DNA of 64,000 nt from Macrostomum lignano (taxonomy: Eukaryota). Below are positions 26,077 to 56,722 of the stretch, piece by piece. The first letter of the stretch is position 1; each line of letters opens with the position of its first letter. The translations under genes and the position numbers were made by a program. The notes under the pieces are model-generated. The model did not search any database. It was not told where the DNA came from and saw nothing but the letters and a program-made list of their open reading frames with translations. Location: contig NIVC01003215.1 of the NCBI GenBank assembly GCA_002269645.1, positions 46,614-110,613 of the forward strand, given 5' to 3'.

Positions 26077-26760
26077 GGGTGAGATTTCCTAGTAGTTTCC
26101 ATTTATGGGTGAGATTTCCTAGTAGTTTCCATTTATGGGTGAGATTTCCTAGTAGCTTCCATTTATGGGTGAGATTTCCTAGTAGCTTCCATTTATGGGT
26201 GAGATTTCCTAGTAGCTTCCATTTATGGGTGAGATTTCCTAGTAGCTTCCATTTATGGGTGAGATTTCCTAGAAACTTCCATTTATGGTTGAGATTTCCT
26301 AGTAGCTTCCAATTATGGATGAGATTTCCTAGTAGCTTCCATTTATGGTTGAGATTTCCTAGTAGTTTCCATTTATAGGTGAGATTTCCTAGTAGTTTCC
26401 ATTTATGGGTGAGATTTCCTAGTAGTTTCCATTTATGGGTGAGATTTCCTAGTAGCTTCCATTTATGGTTGAGATTTCCTAGTAGTTTCCATTTATGGGT
26501 GAGATTTCCTAGTAGTTTCCATTTATGGTTGAGATTTCCTAGTAGTTTCCATTTATGGGTGAGATTTCCTAGTAGCTTCCATTTATGGGTGAGATTTCCT
26601 AGTAGTTTCCATTTATGGGTGAGATTTCCTAGTAGCTTCCATTTATGGGTGAGATTTCCTAGTAGTTTCCATTTATGGGTGAGATTTCCTAGTAGCTTCC
26701 ATTTATGGGTGAGATTTCCTAGTAGCTTCCATTTATGGGTGAGATTTCCTAGTAGCTTCA
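26077..26760. repeat. 30-bp minisatellite immediately after the caspase stop codon
   Basis: Unit GGGTGAGATTTCCTAGTAGCTTCCATTTAT, about 23 copies. Confidence 0.95.
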
Positions 26761-28799
26761 TGTATGCGTAATATTTCCTAATGGCTTCTTAGCCTGCGAA
26801 TTGTCACATCTTTCACAGCTGTTTGTGATATTCATTTCGCAAGTTTCTGTGACGGACAGTCTGCGGTATTCCTTAATTATTGTTGTTACAATTTTTGCTT
26901 CTATGCTAGTTAATGTTAGCCATAAATTGTTCCGTCCTTGTTGGCACTTTGCGAGTCGTATTGCGGCTTTTTAATATTGATATACTTTTTTTAAAGTTAA
27001 GTTTGTTGCTTCTGTCTGCTTTGAGGGCGGCTTTTCTGTGCAGCTGTGCGGCATTTTGCGTCATTTTTACTATTTTAACAAAATTTTGCTGTACCTATAA
27101 TAGTTGTCCATATTTGTACTGACTATTTGCTAATGTTTCTACTGCTACTCAGTTAGTAGTATGATCCGCTTTCAAATGGCATGGTGCTCTATTTAAATTC
27201 TATTGCAATTTCGCATTCCTGTATTAATTAACCTTGATTTGTAATGTGCAAGTTAAATAGACCAAATGTTGCCATGACAACTGAGGCGAATTAAAAATCA
27301 GGTAATCAGAAGCTGTGATTTTCGTTAATTTGATAAATTTCTGGTAAACAATGCTAATAATGCAGGGGGTGAGTTGACAGCAATAAGCCTTACTATGTAA
27401 GTTTGTTTATTTTCGCATTATTCAATCACCAGTTCGCTGACTCGGGTTGGTTTGGGGATTCCGCAGATGGGAGACGGGGAGGCGGCACGAAAATTGGGAA
27501 TTATTGTAAATTTATCAGCGCGATTCAAATGACAATTTAAGGTTAAGCAAGACAAAATCACTGAATCTGAGTGTACGCTCGTAATACTACTTACTTACTG
27601 TTCCGCGAGTAGTCAGCAATGACTTTGAATAACTAATAAAATAGAAATATTCAAGATGACAACAGGCGGGATCATTGGGTTCCGATAATACGCACTTGCG
27701 GACACGACACAGAAGCTGCAGGCAGGACTTGGAGCTTCTTCATTATACTACTACTTTTAAAAGTAGCTTGAAAGCGTCTGATCTTGCTTAATATTCGCAT
27801 ACCGTGATTTCTACGCCGCAGCTTCGGTGTCAAGGCAAATTTTACTGTGACTGCTAGTAAGCTAAATTATAATAATAATAATAATACAATAACAAGTTAA
27901 TTTTTAGTAAATGCGAATATTACGAATACGAGCGGATAAGCTAGGGAGAGATGAGACTCAAACAGGGTAACACAAAAAGCTGAGCAAAGTATTTTTCAAT
28001 CAGTTGAAGTATTTTTGAGTCGATCAGTTGCAAGTTGAGAACAGCAGAGCAGTCTGCAGTTTTGGCAGCGTTTAGGTGATGCTGCAACCCGAGGTAGCCT
28101 GAAATTTTGATTACCAGTCTATTATTTTATAACTGTATAAGCTAGTGTAGTGAGATACATTGTACATAAAAACAATAAAGTGCAAATAAACGCATTAGTA
28201 GCCATTCGCGTAGGTAGCGCACGCATTTAGCGCCCCCTCTGACAACCCGATTCTGTAGTACCCCTGACACTTGCTGCATGTCCCAATACACAGATTATAC
28301 CTCCTACTCGTAGTGCAGAAACAATAAATGAAAGTAGAAAATGATTGACAGAACCTGTCACACTGGCTAGCGGTGCAGAATGTGATATATTTCTCAGGTG
28401 CAGTATTTTATGCATGTCTGAAATCGATAAATCGTTTCTGATAACAACGGATCACTGGTCGCTCTTTTACCTTCATCTTGTAGAACCAGCCAATTATTTA
28501 TTCCTCATCAACTGACCATGCAGCTGCTTGTGCTTAATTTGGTGGCGAAGGTTGAATTGTTATCAAGTTTAGTTCATGCAAAGCATTATTGCTGTTGGGA
28601 AGCATCTCAATTGAGTTTACTTGCATATTAAAGTACATTTTAGGTGAGTCACATCTAATGTGAGCATTGGGAGCATTGGGGTTCAAGCATCTGAGCAGCT
28701 AAGGTTAATAAGAAAATCTAAGATAAGCCTACTACTGCCAGCAGCCTGTGCGTCTACGGCGCTCTACGGATTTTACTCTGCATGGTTAGTCATCACACT

Positions 28800-30320
28800 G
28801 CCTACCTTCTTCTCACTCTCCCACCACCTCTTCGCACTCTCCCTTTTCCCTTCTCACTCTCCCATCACCTCTTCACACTCTCCCTTTTCCCTTCTCACTC
28901 TCCCACCACCTCTTCACACTCTCCCTTTTCCCTTCTCACTCTCCCATCACCTCTTCACACTCTCCCTTTTCCCTTCTCACTCTCCCATCACCTCTTCACA
29001 CTCTCCCTTTTCCCTTCTCACTCTCCCTTTCCCTTCTCACTCTCCCTTTTCCCTTCTCACTCTCCCATCACCTCTTCACACTCTCCCTTTTCCCTTCTCA
29101 CTCTCCCTTTCCCTTCTCACTCTCCCTTTTCCCTTCTCACTCTCCCATCACCTCTTCACACTCTCCCTTTTCCCTTCTCACTCTCCCACCACCTCTTCAC
29201 ACTCTCCCTTTTCCCTTCTCACTCTCCCTTTCCCTTCTCACTCTCCCTTTTCCCTTCTCACTCTCCCATCACCTCTTCACACTCTCCTTTTTCCCTTCTC
29301 ACTCTCCCATCACCTCTTCACACTCTCCCTTTTCCCTTCACACTCTCCCACCACCTCTTCACACTCTCCCATCACCTCTTCACACTCTCCCTTTTCCCTT
29401 CACACTCTCCCATCACCTCTTCACACTCTCCCTTTTCCCTTCTCACTCTCCCATCACCTCTTCATACTCTCCCTTTTCCCTTCTCACTCTCCCTTTTCCC
29501 TTCACACTCTCCCATCACCTCTTCACACTCTCCCTTTTCCCTTCACATTCTCCCTTTTCCCTTCTCACTCTCCCTTTTCCCTTCTCATTCTCCCATCACC
29601 TCTTCACACTCTCCCTTTTCCCTTCACATTCTCCCTTTTCCCTTCTCACTCTCCCTTTTCCCTTCTCACTCTCCCTTTTCCCTTCTCACTCTCCCTTTTC
29701 CCTTCTCACTCTCCCATCACCTCTTCACACTCTCCCTTTTCCCTTCTCATTCTCCCTTTTCCCTTCACACTCTCCCTTTTCCCTTCACACTCTCCCACCA
29801 CCTCTTCACACTCTCCCTTTTCCCTTCACACTCTCCCTTTTCCCTTCACATTCTCCCTTTTCCCTTCTCACTCTCCCTTTTCCCTTCTCACTCTCCCTTT
29901 TCCCTTCTCACTCTCCCTTTTCCCTTCTCACTCTCCCATCACCTCTTCACACTCTCCCTTTTCCCTTCACACTCTCCCACCACCTCTTCACACTCTCCCT
30001 TTTCCCTTCACACTCTCCCACCACCTCTTCACACTCTCCCTTTTCCCTTCTCACTCTCCCTTTTCCCTTCACACTCTCCCTTTTCCCTTCTCACTCTCCC
30101 ACCACCTCTTCACACTCTCCCTTTTCCCTTCACACTCTCCCTTTTCCCTTCACACTCTCCCACCACCTCTTCACACTCTCCCTTTTCCCTTCTCACTCTC
30201 CCTTTTCCCTTCTCACTCTCCCTTTTCCCTTCACACTCTCCACCACCTTTTCACACTCTCCCATCTCCTCTTCTCACCTTCATCCCTTTTTTTCTCAATC
30301 TTTTTTCCTTCCCCCTTTTC
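28800..30320. repeat. C/T-rich compound minisatellite (CTCTCCCTTTTCCCTTCTCA / CCTCTTCACACTCTCCCATCA units)
   Basis: About 1.5 kb with essentially no G on the + strand after 28834. Confidence 0.95.
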
Positions 30321-30918
30321 CCGATGAGACTCGCGAACTGAAGTCAGTCAGTTATTCAAATGCAGCGCATCACAGAGCATCACAGAAATGCAGTCCTACA
30401 CCAAACACGAAAGGCAGACCTACTAGGAGAATTGGCGCTAAGAAGCTGGCAGAATCATATTAATTTTAAATTTACCACTTAGATGAAGAGATCGAAGAAA
30501 ATTTTGACACAGCACTGCTGACTTCCTAGATTGTTTTGTTTTCCGGGGTGAGGGGGTGGCGAACTTGTGAGCAATTGTTAGTATTTTTATGCTTTTAATT
30601 AAACATTTTAACTCAAAGTGTTCATCCAACTCGGCACAAAACGTGAGTTATTCAAAGCCAGGTCAATAAAACTTTTCTAATCGGTGAACATGTGAAAGTC
30701 GAAATGCCAGTGGAAAATGTTTATGAGTCGGCAAGTCGCCGCTTATCTCAAGCTTGAGTTGGGTGGCTTGAGGCAATAAAACAATGTCGGCTTGGTCGCA
30801 GTTTCGAGTGCCTCTTAAATACTTCATATTTGACCTTATCAATAGACTGGCCTAGCTGTAAAAGTTGAAAAATTTGCCGCCTGCAAGAATCTAGATTACA
30901 GATAGGGCTCAGACTCAC

Positions 30919-50057
<19,139 letters not shown>

Positions 50058-50899
50058 CTGTGTGTGGATGCGATGATTGCCCAAATTAGTTGCAGCAAAA
50101 AAGCAGCAACGAAACCGACTCAATAAGCCAGCCTTACCAGGACCATCTCTGTCTCATTTCAAATTTGACTTCGGGAGGAAATCTCAGCTCTGTCTGCTCA
50201 GAACAGCCAGCCCTACCTCATCGGGTAAGCGACCAATTTATATCTCTAAGGCGAATTGCGCCTAAAGAAAGTTTTTCTTTATTGGCAAGGCCGGCGGCGG
50301 TGGGTTTTTTTGTTCTCTTCTTTTTTTTTGCTCTGTTTTCTCTCCCAGCAAAATTTATGGAAATAATGGGGACGCCGTCACACAGACCTGCAAGTGTGTT
50401 TGCCTTCAATACCGCATTGCTCTGTAATGGCACTGCGAGACCACCGCGCTGTCTTTCAGGTGAGCATCAGGTGAGTCGGGGGGGGGGGGGCGGTCCATCT
50501 CTTAGTGCTCGGGTATGCAGAACTACATTTAGGTCACGTAGAAGTGACTTAGCAGGCCGTGTATTAACCAACTTGTGTGCCATTTTAGTCCAAATTTGTA
50601 CCGTTTGGCCGACGCCCCAGAAAAGAAATGCATAAATCCTGCAGGGTGATGCCATGTTAAGTGCTTTCAAACTGCGCATTTGAAGTTGGCCAAGGCGCCA
50701 CATTTCGGAGAAAACAGCTTCTTTTCTTTGCTCGACTGCTCGCCCAAAGCTTTTACTTGAATTCTTGAATGCCTGGCTTCGGGCATGCTGTGAAGGTCGG
50801 AATTGAAAGTCAGCCATTTTTTCTAGAACTGTTGGCAACACCGAGACCAAACTGGGCGCTTGTTTAGAATGAGCACTTAGCACCGAGTTCAAATAAATA

Positions 50900-51120
50900 T
50901 ACTCGCTTTAAACTGAGCACTCGCTTTAGACTGAGCACTCGCTTTAGACTGAGCACTCAGTTTAGACTGAGCACTCGCTTTAGACTGAGCACTCGCTTTA
51001 GACTGAGCACTCGCTTTAGACTGAGCACTCGCTTTAGACTGAGCATTCGCTTTAGACTGAGCTCTCAGTTAAGACTGAGCACTCGCTTTAGACTGAGCAC
51101 TCGCTTTAGACTGAGCACTC
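50900..51120. repeat. 18-bp minisatellite (ACTCGCTTTAGACTGAGC)n
   Basis: About 12 copies read directly. Confidence 0.93.
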
Positions 51121-53649
51121 GAAGACTCGGGATAAATATTTGGCAATATTTAGAGGCAAAGTCTTATTCAATCTGTCCAGTTTCCAAGAAAACTGCAGCA
51201 TTTGGTGGCTTCCCAGCAAAGTTACCTTTTTCCACAGGCAGTACTTGACACTGGGCAAAGCGGCCGCATCATCCGACAGAGAGGCTGAGTCAGCTGATCT
51301 CTTGGCGGCCAGCTTCAGCATGGCTGACTGCTCGACTCTGCTATTGGCTTCACTAAGTATTATCTCAAGGAAAGCCGCTTACAGGCTTGGAGCATCAAAG
51401 ATAACCTATTTAATCAGCTGTACTATTTGCTATCTGCAAAGCGCATTGACAGTCTCATATACACAAGCAAAATCCTAGCTATTATAAAAATGCTTATCTG
51501 AGTTCTTACTCCAGCTTATTATGGAAGCAAGTGCTTGGCAGCTTGGCATTAAAGTATTTATTATGCGACTTTGGGCGAAGGGGTGGACGAGTGCTCTCTG
51601 CGTCTGCAGTTTCGCTGGCTCTGCCACTCCTATAGAGCTCCGGCGGCTTCAGGTGCTCGTTCGACCTCTCACCGGCTCTGATATTTGCTGGCCACCTTTG
51701 GCTCTGCTCTGATAGTGCAAAACTCTCCAATCCCCGGCTCTCCTTCTCCCCACCCCTCTCTCATTCCATTGCTTCAAGTTTTCTTGCTATTCGACTGCGA
51801 AATCGCGTAAACAATGTCTCTCTCCCCCCACCCCACCCCACTGGTAAATTGTGCTGAGAGCATTGCTTTTCTGGCTTTTCTGGCTTGCCTCTCCATTCGC
51901 CCAAAGCACCCCCACCTGGGCTGGCATTCCATCGGCCCCCTGTCTCTCGATCCATTCGTTCATTCATTGTCTTTCGCGGGCCCTTCGCTAAACTCAAACC
52001 GTCTTCATAAGTTGTTCCCGCGTCGCGTTGTTTGCTTCTGCCGAGTTCGTGGCTGAAGCGCCTTCATGAGCTCAGCTAGATACTCTTTCTACTCTCTAAA
52101 AGAAGCCGCGGGTGGGCACTGCTTGCACTTACTAACAAGCGATCCGCAGGCACGTGTCGGCGGGGCATCCCAGTGGGGGCATCCCCCACACGATTTTGTA
52201 GGGGCAAAGCGATGGACTCTTTTGCTACAATAATAAATTCATTGTTTGCGCCCACATGAGTACAAACTGCACCTTTGCAGTGAATTTCAGCGACAGAATT
52301 CAGGGGCATAAATGAATAATGTAAAATTAATTCTGTGCGGCAATTTTTTATACTTATTCTCCTCACCTGACCAATTTGCAAACCGCCAATAGGCTGATGC
52401 TTTTGCGTTGCTTAAGCCAAGTGCTACACCAGTCTGAGTAATTCACTAAGACTCTTGCCTATGCTTTTTGCTTAGAAACCTCACTCAACACGCGCGCAAC
52501 AGAAATCCGAAGAGAGAGAGGGAGAGAGAGGTGCGACACCATCGCGCTGAGAATTCTCACGCCTGAAGTTTGCTTGCCTTGTTGGAGAAATCCGACACTT
52601 GTTAACAACTCGTAGAACTTCCTCACCAACTACCGAGACAGGGCAAGTTGCAAGATGTACGCGCGAGGTACTTGGGAAGTCAGCACAGTCAGCCCTGTCA
52701 ACCGCCTCCCTCCCTGTCCTAAGTTCCATTGCTCGCTCACCTTTAGTCGCTCGTGGTAATCGGTAGGCAGCCACACTGTGTCACCGTTGGTTGCCATAGC
52801 AACAACCGAGTGCTGCGCTCGACTTCTGGCACAATTCAACGGTGAAGATCTCGGCGAAAGTCGGTGCACTCTGCTTTGAATTGAAAACTTTTGATGCTTC
52901 TGGCAAATGCCTCGCGGCCTACAGGTGGCCTTTTTTATTACCTTTTATGGCGCTGTCAGGTCTTTGCCAGAGCTCTCCATTGTTCTAACAAGAATGTGCA
53001 ACTCCCCCACACCCCTCTGTCAGATGAGGGTGATGCAGTGAGCAGTTAGGTTCGAGCTGGGGAGGGGGGACAGGTCAGCTGCTGTTGTACTCGAACTTGC
53101 GTGCAGAAACAGTAAGTGTGGGGCTGGGGGGGGGCGTCCCTCGCTTCCAAACTGCCCCCTCCTCCAAGAGGGACTCAAAGCTTGGCCACTGTGCCCAGCC
53201 CCGACCGCACAATGCTGCAAATAATAATATTTCAAAAGCAGCTCAAACACAACAATGTCAAGTTGCAGTAGAGCTGATAGGGGGGGGGGGCAATGGGCGA
53301 GCCTGATTCGTCTCTCTTGCATTCTTCTCTGTGTCTTTTTTTCATAATAGGAAGGAAATGCTTTTCGATGGTTGAATCTAAAATAATGCAACTTGAAATT
53401 TCTTTGCTAGTCTATGAGTTTGGCCTCGTTTAGAAATGAAATGAATTTGTCCAGAAGGGTGAGCAGCCTGACTGAGGGGCTCAGTAGCTTCTAGATGAAA
53501 ATAAACAAATCTTAGAAGTATGCCCGCCGCAATCGACTTTGTTGTATAGCAATTTATGTATTATGTATGTAACGTCTTTAGTAAATAGTAATAATAACAA
53601 TAATATAAAATAGTAATAACTGATTGCACCTGCCCCAATAGCCAGATGC

Positions 53650-53914
53650 ACAACTGACAGCTCAGCCGCAGCTATTGCGCGGCGCATCTGAAGGCTGCGT
53701 ACGGCTGTTCAGTACAAGGACTGGGGGAGGGGGTCGCCACACACACCCTCAATTACCCCAGCTAATGCTGGCACCCATTTTACAGCTGGGTGAGCTGAAG
53801 CAATGCAGAGTTAAGTGTCTTGCTCAAGGACACAAATTGTTCCAGTGGGATCGGGTATCGAACCCCGACCTTCAAGTCTTGAGTCCGACGCTCTAACCAC
53901 TAGGCTAAAACCCC
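53650..53914 (-). mobile_element. tRNA-derived SINE with a conserved central domain
   Basis: The - strand head has A-box TAGCCTAGTGG and B-box GGTTCGATACC. It is followed by GTGTCCTTGAGCAAGACACTTAAC...CCAGCTGTAAAATGGGT, which resembles CORE/Deu/Meta-type SINE central domains. The 3' boundary is approximate. Confidence 0.75.
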
Positions 53915-54129
53915 AGTAGTCTTATTAGTCTTTAGTAAAACTAATTTGATAAGAGTGCGCTAAAATAGCAGCCTGGCTACGCTAGACTTGGTGGGCTCCG
54001 GGCCACAGACAAAACAGCCGCCGGGACGCAGCTTCAAGCTCTCTAGGAAAGGCAGCACTCATAGCTAAGCCAAGCCGATCCAGCGCAGCAGCTCACTTTC
54101 AAACAGCTCATTCTGTCCAGCCTCAGGCG

Positions 54130-55523
54130 ATGACGGACGAAAACAACAACGCGGGCCAGTCAGCGGCTGGCGGCGCCTCTGCTGCCAAGCCCGGCGCAGC
54201 CGTCCTGCAACCGAAAGTTGGCCGCCTGAAGGACGGCAAGAACAAGCGGGTGATCTGCATCTACGACACCACGACGGACGAGGGCTCGGACGATCAGGCC
54301 AGCTTGGACGCCACGCCAATTGAAAATAAGAACTCTGCGCTGCCCGCTGCACAGGCGAAGCAGCCGCAGCAGGACATGCAGCAGCAGCAGCAGAAGCCGC
54401 GAGAGGAGCCGCAGCAACAACCATTGCTCACGACGCAACAAGTAGTCAAGAACAGCAGCGACAATGACTGCGACCAAGACCTAATGGAACAGGCTGTGGC
54501 TGGCCTGGAGGAAATCAAAGCTCTCATCACTCGCTTGTCGCATTGCCAGTCCTGCCGCCAGCGACTCAGTTTTGCAACTGTCCGCTCCGCTCAGTCGCTG
54601 GCAGTTTCCGTTGATGCCTCTTCGACCTCGGCATCGGCAGTTACGTCATCGGGCCAGGCATCTTTGCTGCAGCAGCAGCAGCCTCTGCCGGTACGCAGCG
54701 CGCATCACAATTCTGCCGCGTCGGCTGCCAGGCCGGCCGATCCCAATGCGCAACGCTCGAAGCGTCGGCGCGTTGTGCGCAAAGTCGTCAGAACAAAGCG
54801 GATTCGATCGTCGGGATCGTCAGCTGCGCCTGGCGAACCCGCCGCTGCCGCCACCGACAAGCGAGTCGAAGCGGCGTCGACGTCAGGCGATTCGGCGGGT
54901 GCGCGTCGTATTCGAAGTCGAGCCAGACGGACATCCGGCGCAGGAGGCGGTGGCGGCGCCGCGGACTCAAACTCGCGCAGCCGTCAGAGTCGGTCAGAGC
55001 CAGCGGAGGCGCCTCAGACGGCTGCTCAGCATGCAACGCAGACGGCAACAACTCAGGCCACGACAGTCAGCGCCGCCTCGAAGAAGCCGAAGATGGGTAA
55101 GGGACGATTTTTTGCTTTCCAGTAAGTAGCAAGATTTGTAAAAAAATTGGTTGGAAGCTAAGATCTATCATTGTTGAAGACCGGGAGTAGCGGTGTGCTC
55201 ACACAGTCCAGGCCGAAACTTCAATTCACGCAGTTCGCGCCACAAAGATTCTGGTGAAGCGGCGCCGACCCGACCAAGGGAAGCGCAAGGACAGCGACAA
55301 GTCGGAGCCAACGATGGCGCAGGCACCGGCAAAGCAGCTGCAAAACAGCGGAACTTCCGGCGATCATAAAAAGAAATTGTCCCGCAGAAGGTCAAGCGGC
55401 GGCGGCGGCGGCGGCGTGAGCGCCAACGGCAACAATGACTCTGGAGTGAAGCCGATCTCCAGGTCCACAGTTCAGGACCTGGTGAACATGCTACAGTCGG
55501 CGCTGAGCTCAAGCGAAGCCTAA
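54130..55523 (+). CDS. Uncharacterised low-complexity (A/S/Q/R-rich, basic) protein; probable exons 54130-55096 and 55234-55523
   Basis: Long GC-rich ORF, a G|GTAAGG donor at 55097 and a frame-compatible CAG acceptor at 55233. No recognisable domain. Confidence 0.6.
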
Positions 55524-56722
55524 CTGTCACGGACGCAGTACTCTTGAAAAACATGTTATTGGTATAAAATGTTGCAAAGAGCAACAAATATCTCTCCAAC
55601 CCAACATATTTGTACGACCTGTATCTCAGTAGCAGAACAGACCAACAAGTCGCCATCTCTCGACCAAGCTATGAACGTGTAGAATTTTTTTTAAGAAATA
55701 CAAGCGACGGACTTGAAAGCGAATATCAATATTTTTGTTATATATCTGCACAAGTAAATGCAACTAATGTCTACCGGTTTAATTAAGTTCTGCTCAAATT
55801 GCTTGAATTTGGCGACATTGGGTTACAGAATTGAGAGGATTTAGGATTTTGAAGGCATGCCAGATTTCCCATTGTCCAAACTTTTATCCAGCGCCCCCTC
55901 AAGTACTCACGCCATTAATTACGACAAACGTTAGCTAAGCGTTCTTTGTGCTCTCACAGAAAGCTCCATAAACTTATAGGTTAGCTCGTATTGTATTTTA
56001 AAAAACTTCAGTGTGTTTGAACTCTGTATTGGTTAGGAACTCTAATATTAATAGAGGATACTATGCAGTATAAATAGCACGAAAAGTTTAGTATTCTAGT
56101 AATTATTGTAGAGCTGAAATATTCGATGGAGTATCACAGAAAGTATTAGAATCGGGTGACAGGTGCATGTTTTAGACAGTTAAAATATATATAACTTTTT
56201 TATCATTAAAATACGGTAAGTAGAACAACACAGTATCCATTAGCGATACATCTAGTTTGTCTTTAAGAGTATTGGCTAATATTTAAAAATACTTAAATAG
56301 CCTTATTATTAGCCTTTTCAATTGTTTTTATCAATATTACAGATTCATATAAATAGAATCCGGTCTTATCAGGGATAAATGTCTTTAATTAAGAAGCAAA
56401 AAAAAATAATTTAAGTCGATTTTTAAACCAGAAAACAAAAGTAGCGCGCATAATTGGAAAACTGGAATAGGATTTGTCTTATAACATGTTGAACAATATT
56501 AAAATTGTTTATCTTCAGTGCGATTGTCCTTTCCCGTTAGATAACTAAAAAAGATTTAGAACCTTAGTGGAGTCTTTCCCATGAAATTTTATCCTAACTG
56601 ATTCTGTTAATCGCTAATTCTCAATCATCTAAGAACTGAACTGAACAGATTGTGAACTCACAATCGAAATTCATTCTGCAACTTAAACACTTGTTTCTTA
56701 GAAATACGATTCCGTAATTTTC

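Noticed and set aside
9592-26760. Minisatellites as CRISPR-like arrays
   Set aside because: No unique spacers, no cas genes and a eukaryotic context.
23867-26771. Long ORFs (964, 617 and 378 aa) over the caspase introns and 3' region
   Set aside because: They are translations of 42- and 30-bp minisatellites plus the antisense of a caspase exon. Unit lengths divisible by 3 keep frames open.
28660-30341. 555 and 519 aa L/S/P/F/H-rich ORFs
   Set aside because: Stop codons are nearly impossible on a G-free, low-A strand. This is not evidence of coding.
30720-30918. Terminal exon of the giant gene
   Set aside because: Read-through to the stop at 30748 and several nearby acceptors are all possible. 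It cannot be resolved from sequence alone.
50640-51730. Short - strand ORFs as first exons of the giant gene
   Set aside because: Plausible, but no convincing phase-0 donor chain to 50057 could be established.
53840-53914. tRNA gene
   Set aside because: It has A and B boxes but no acceptor-stem closure, and it continues into a SINE body.
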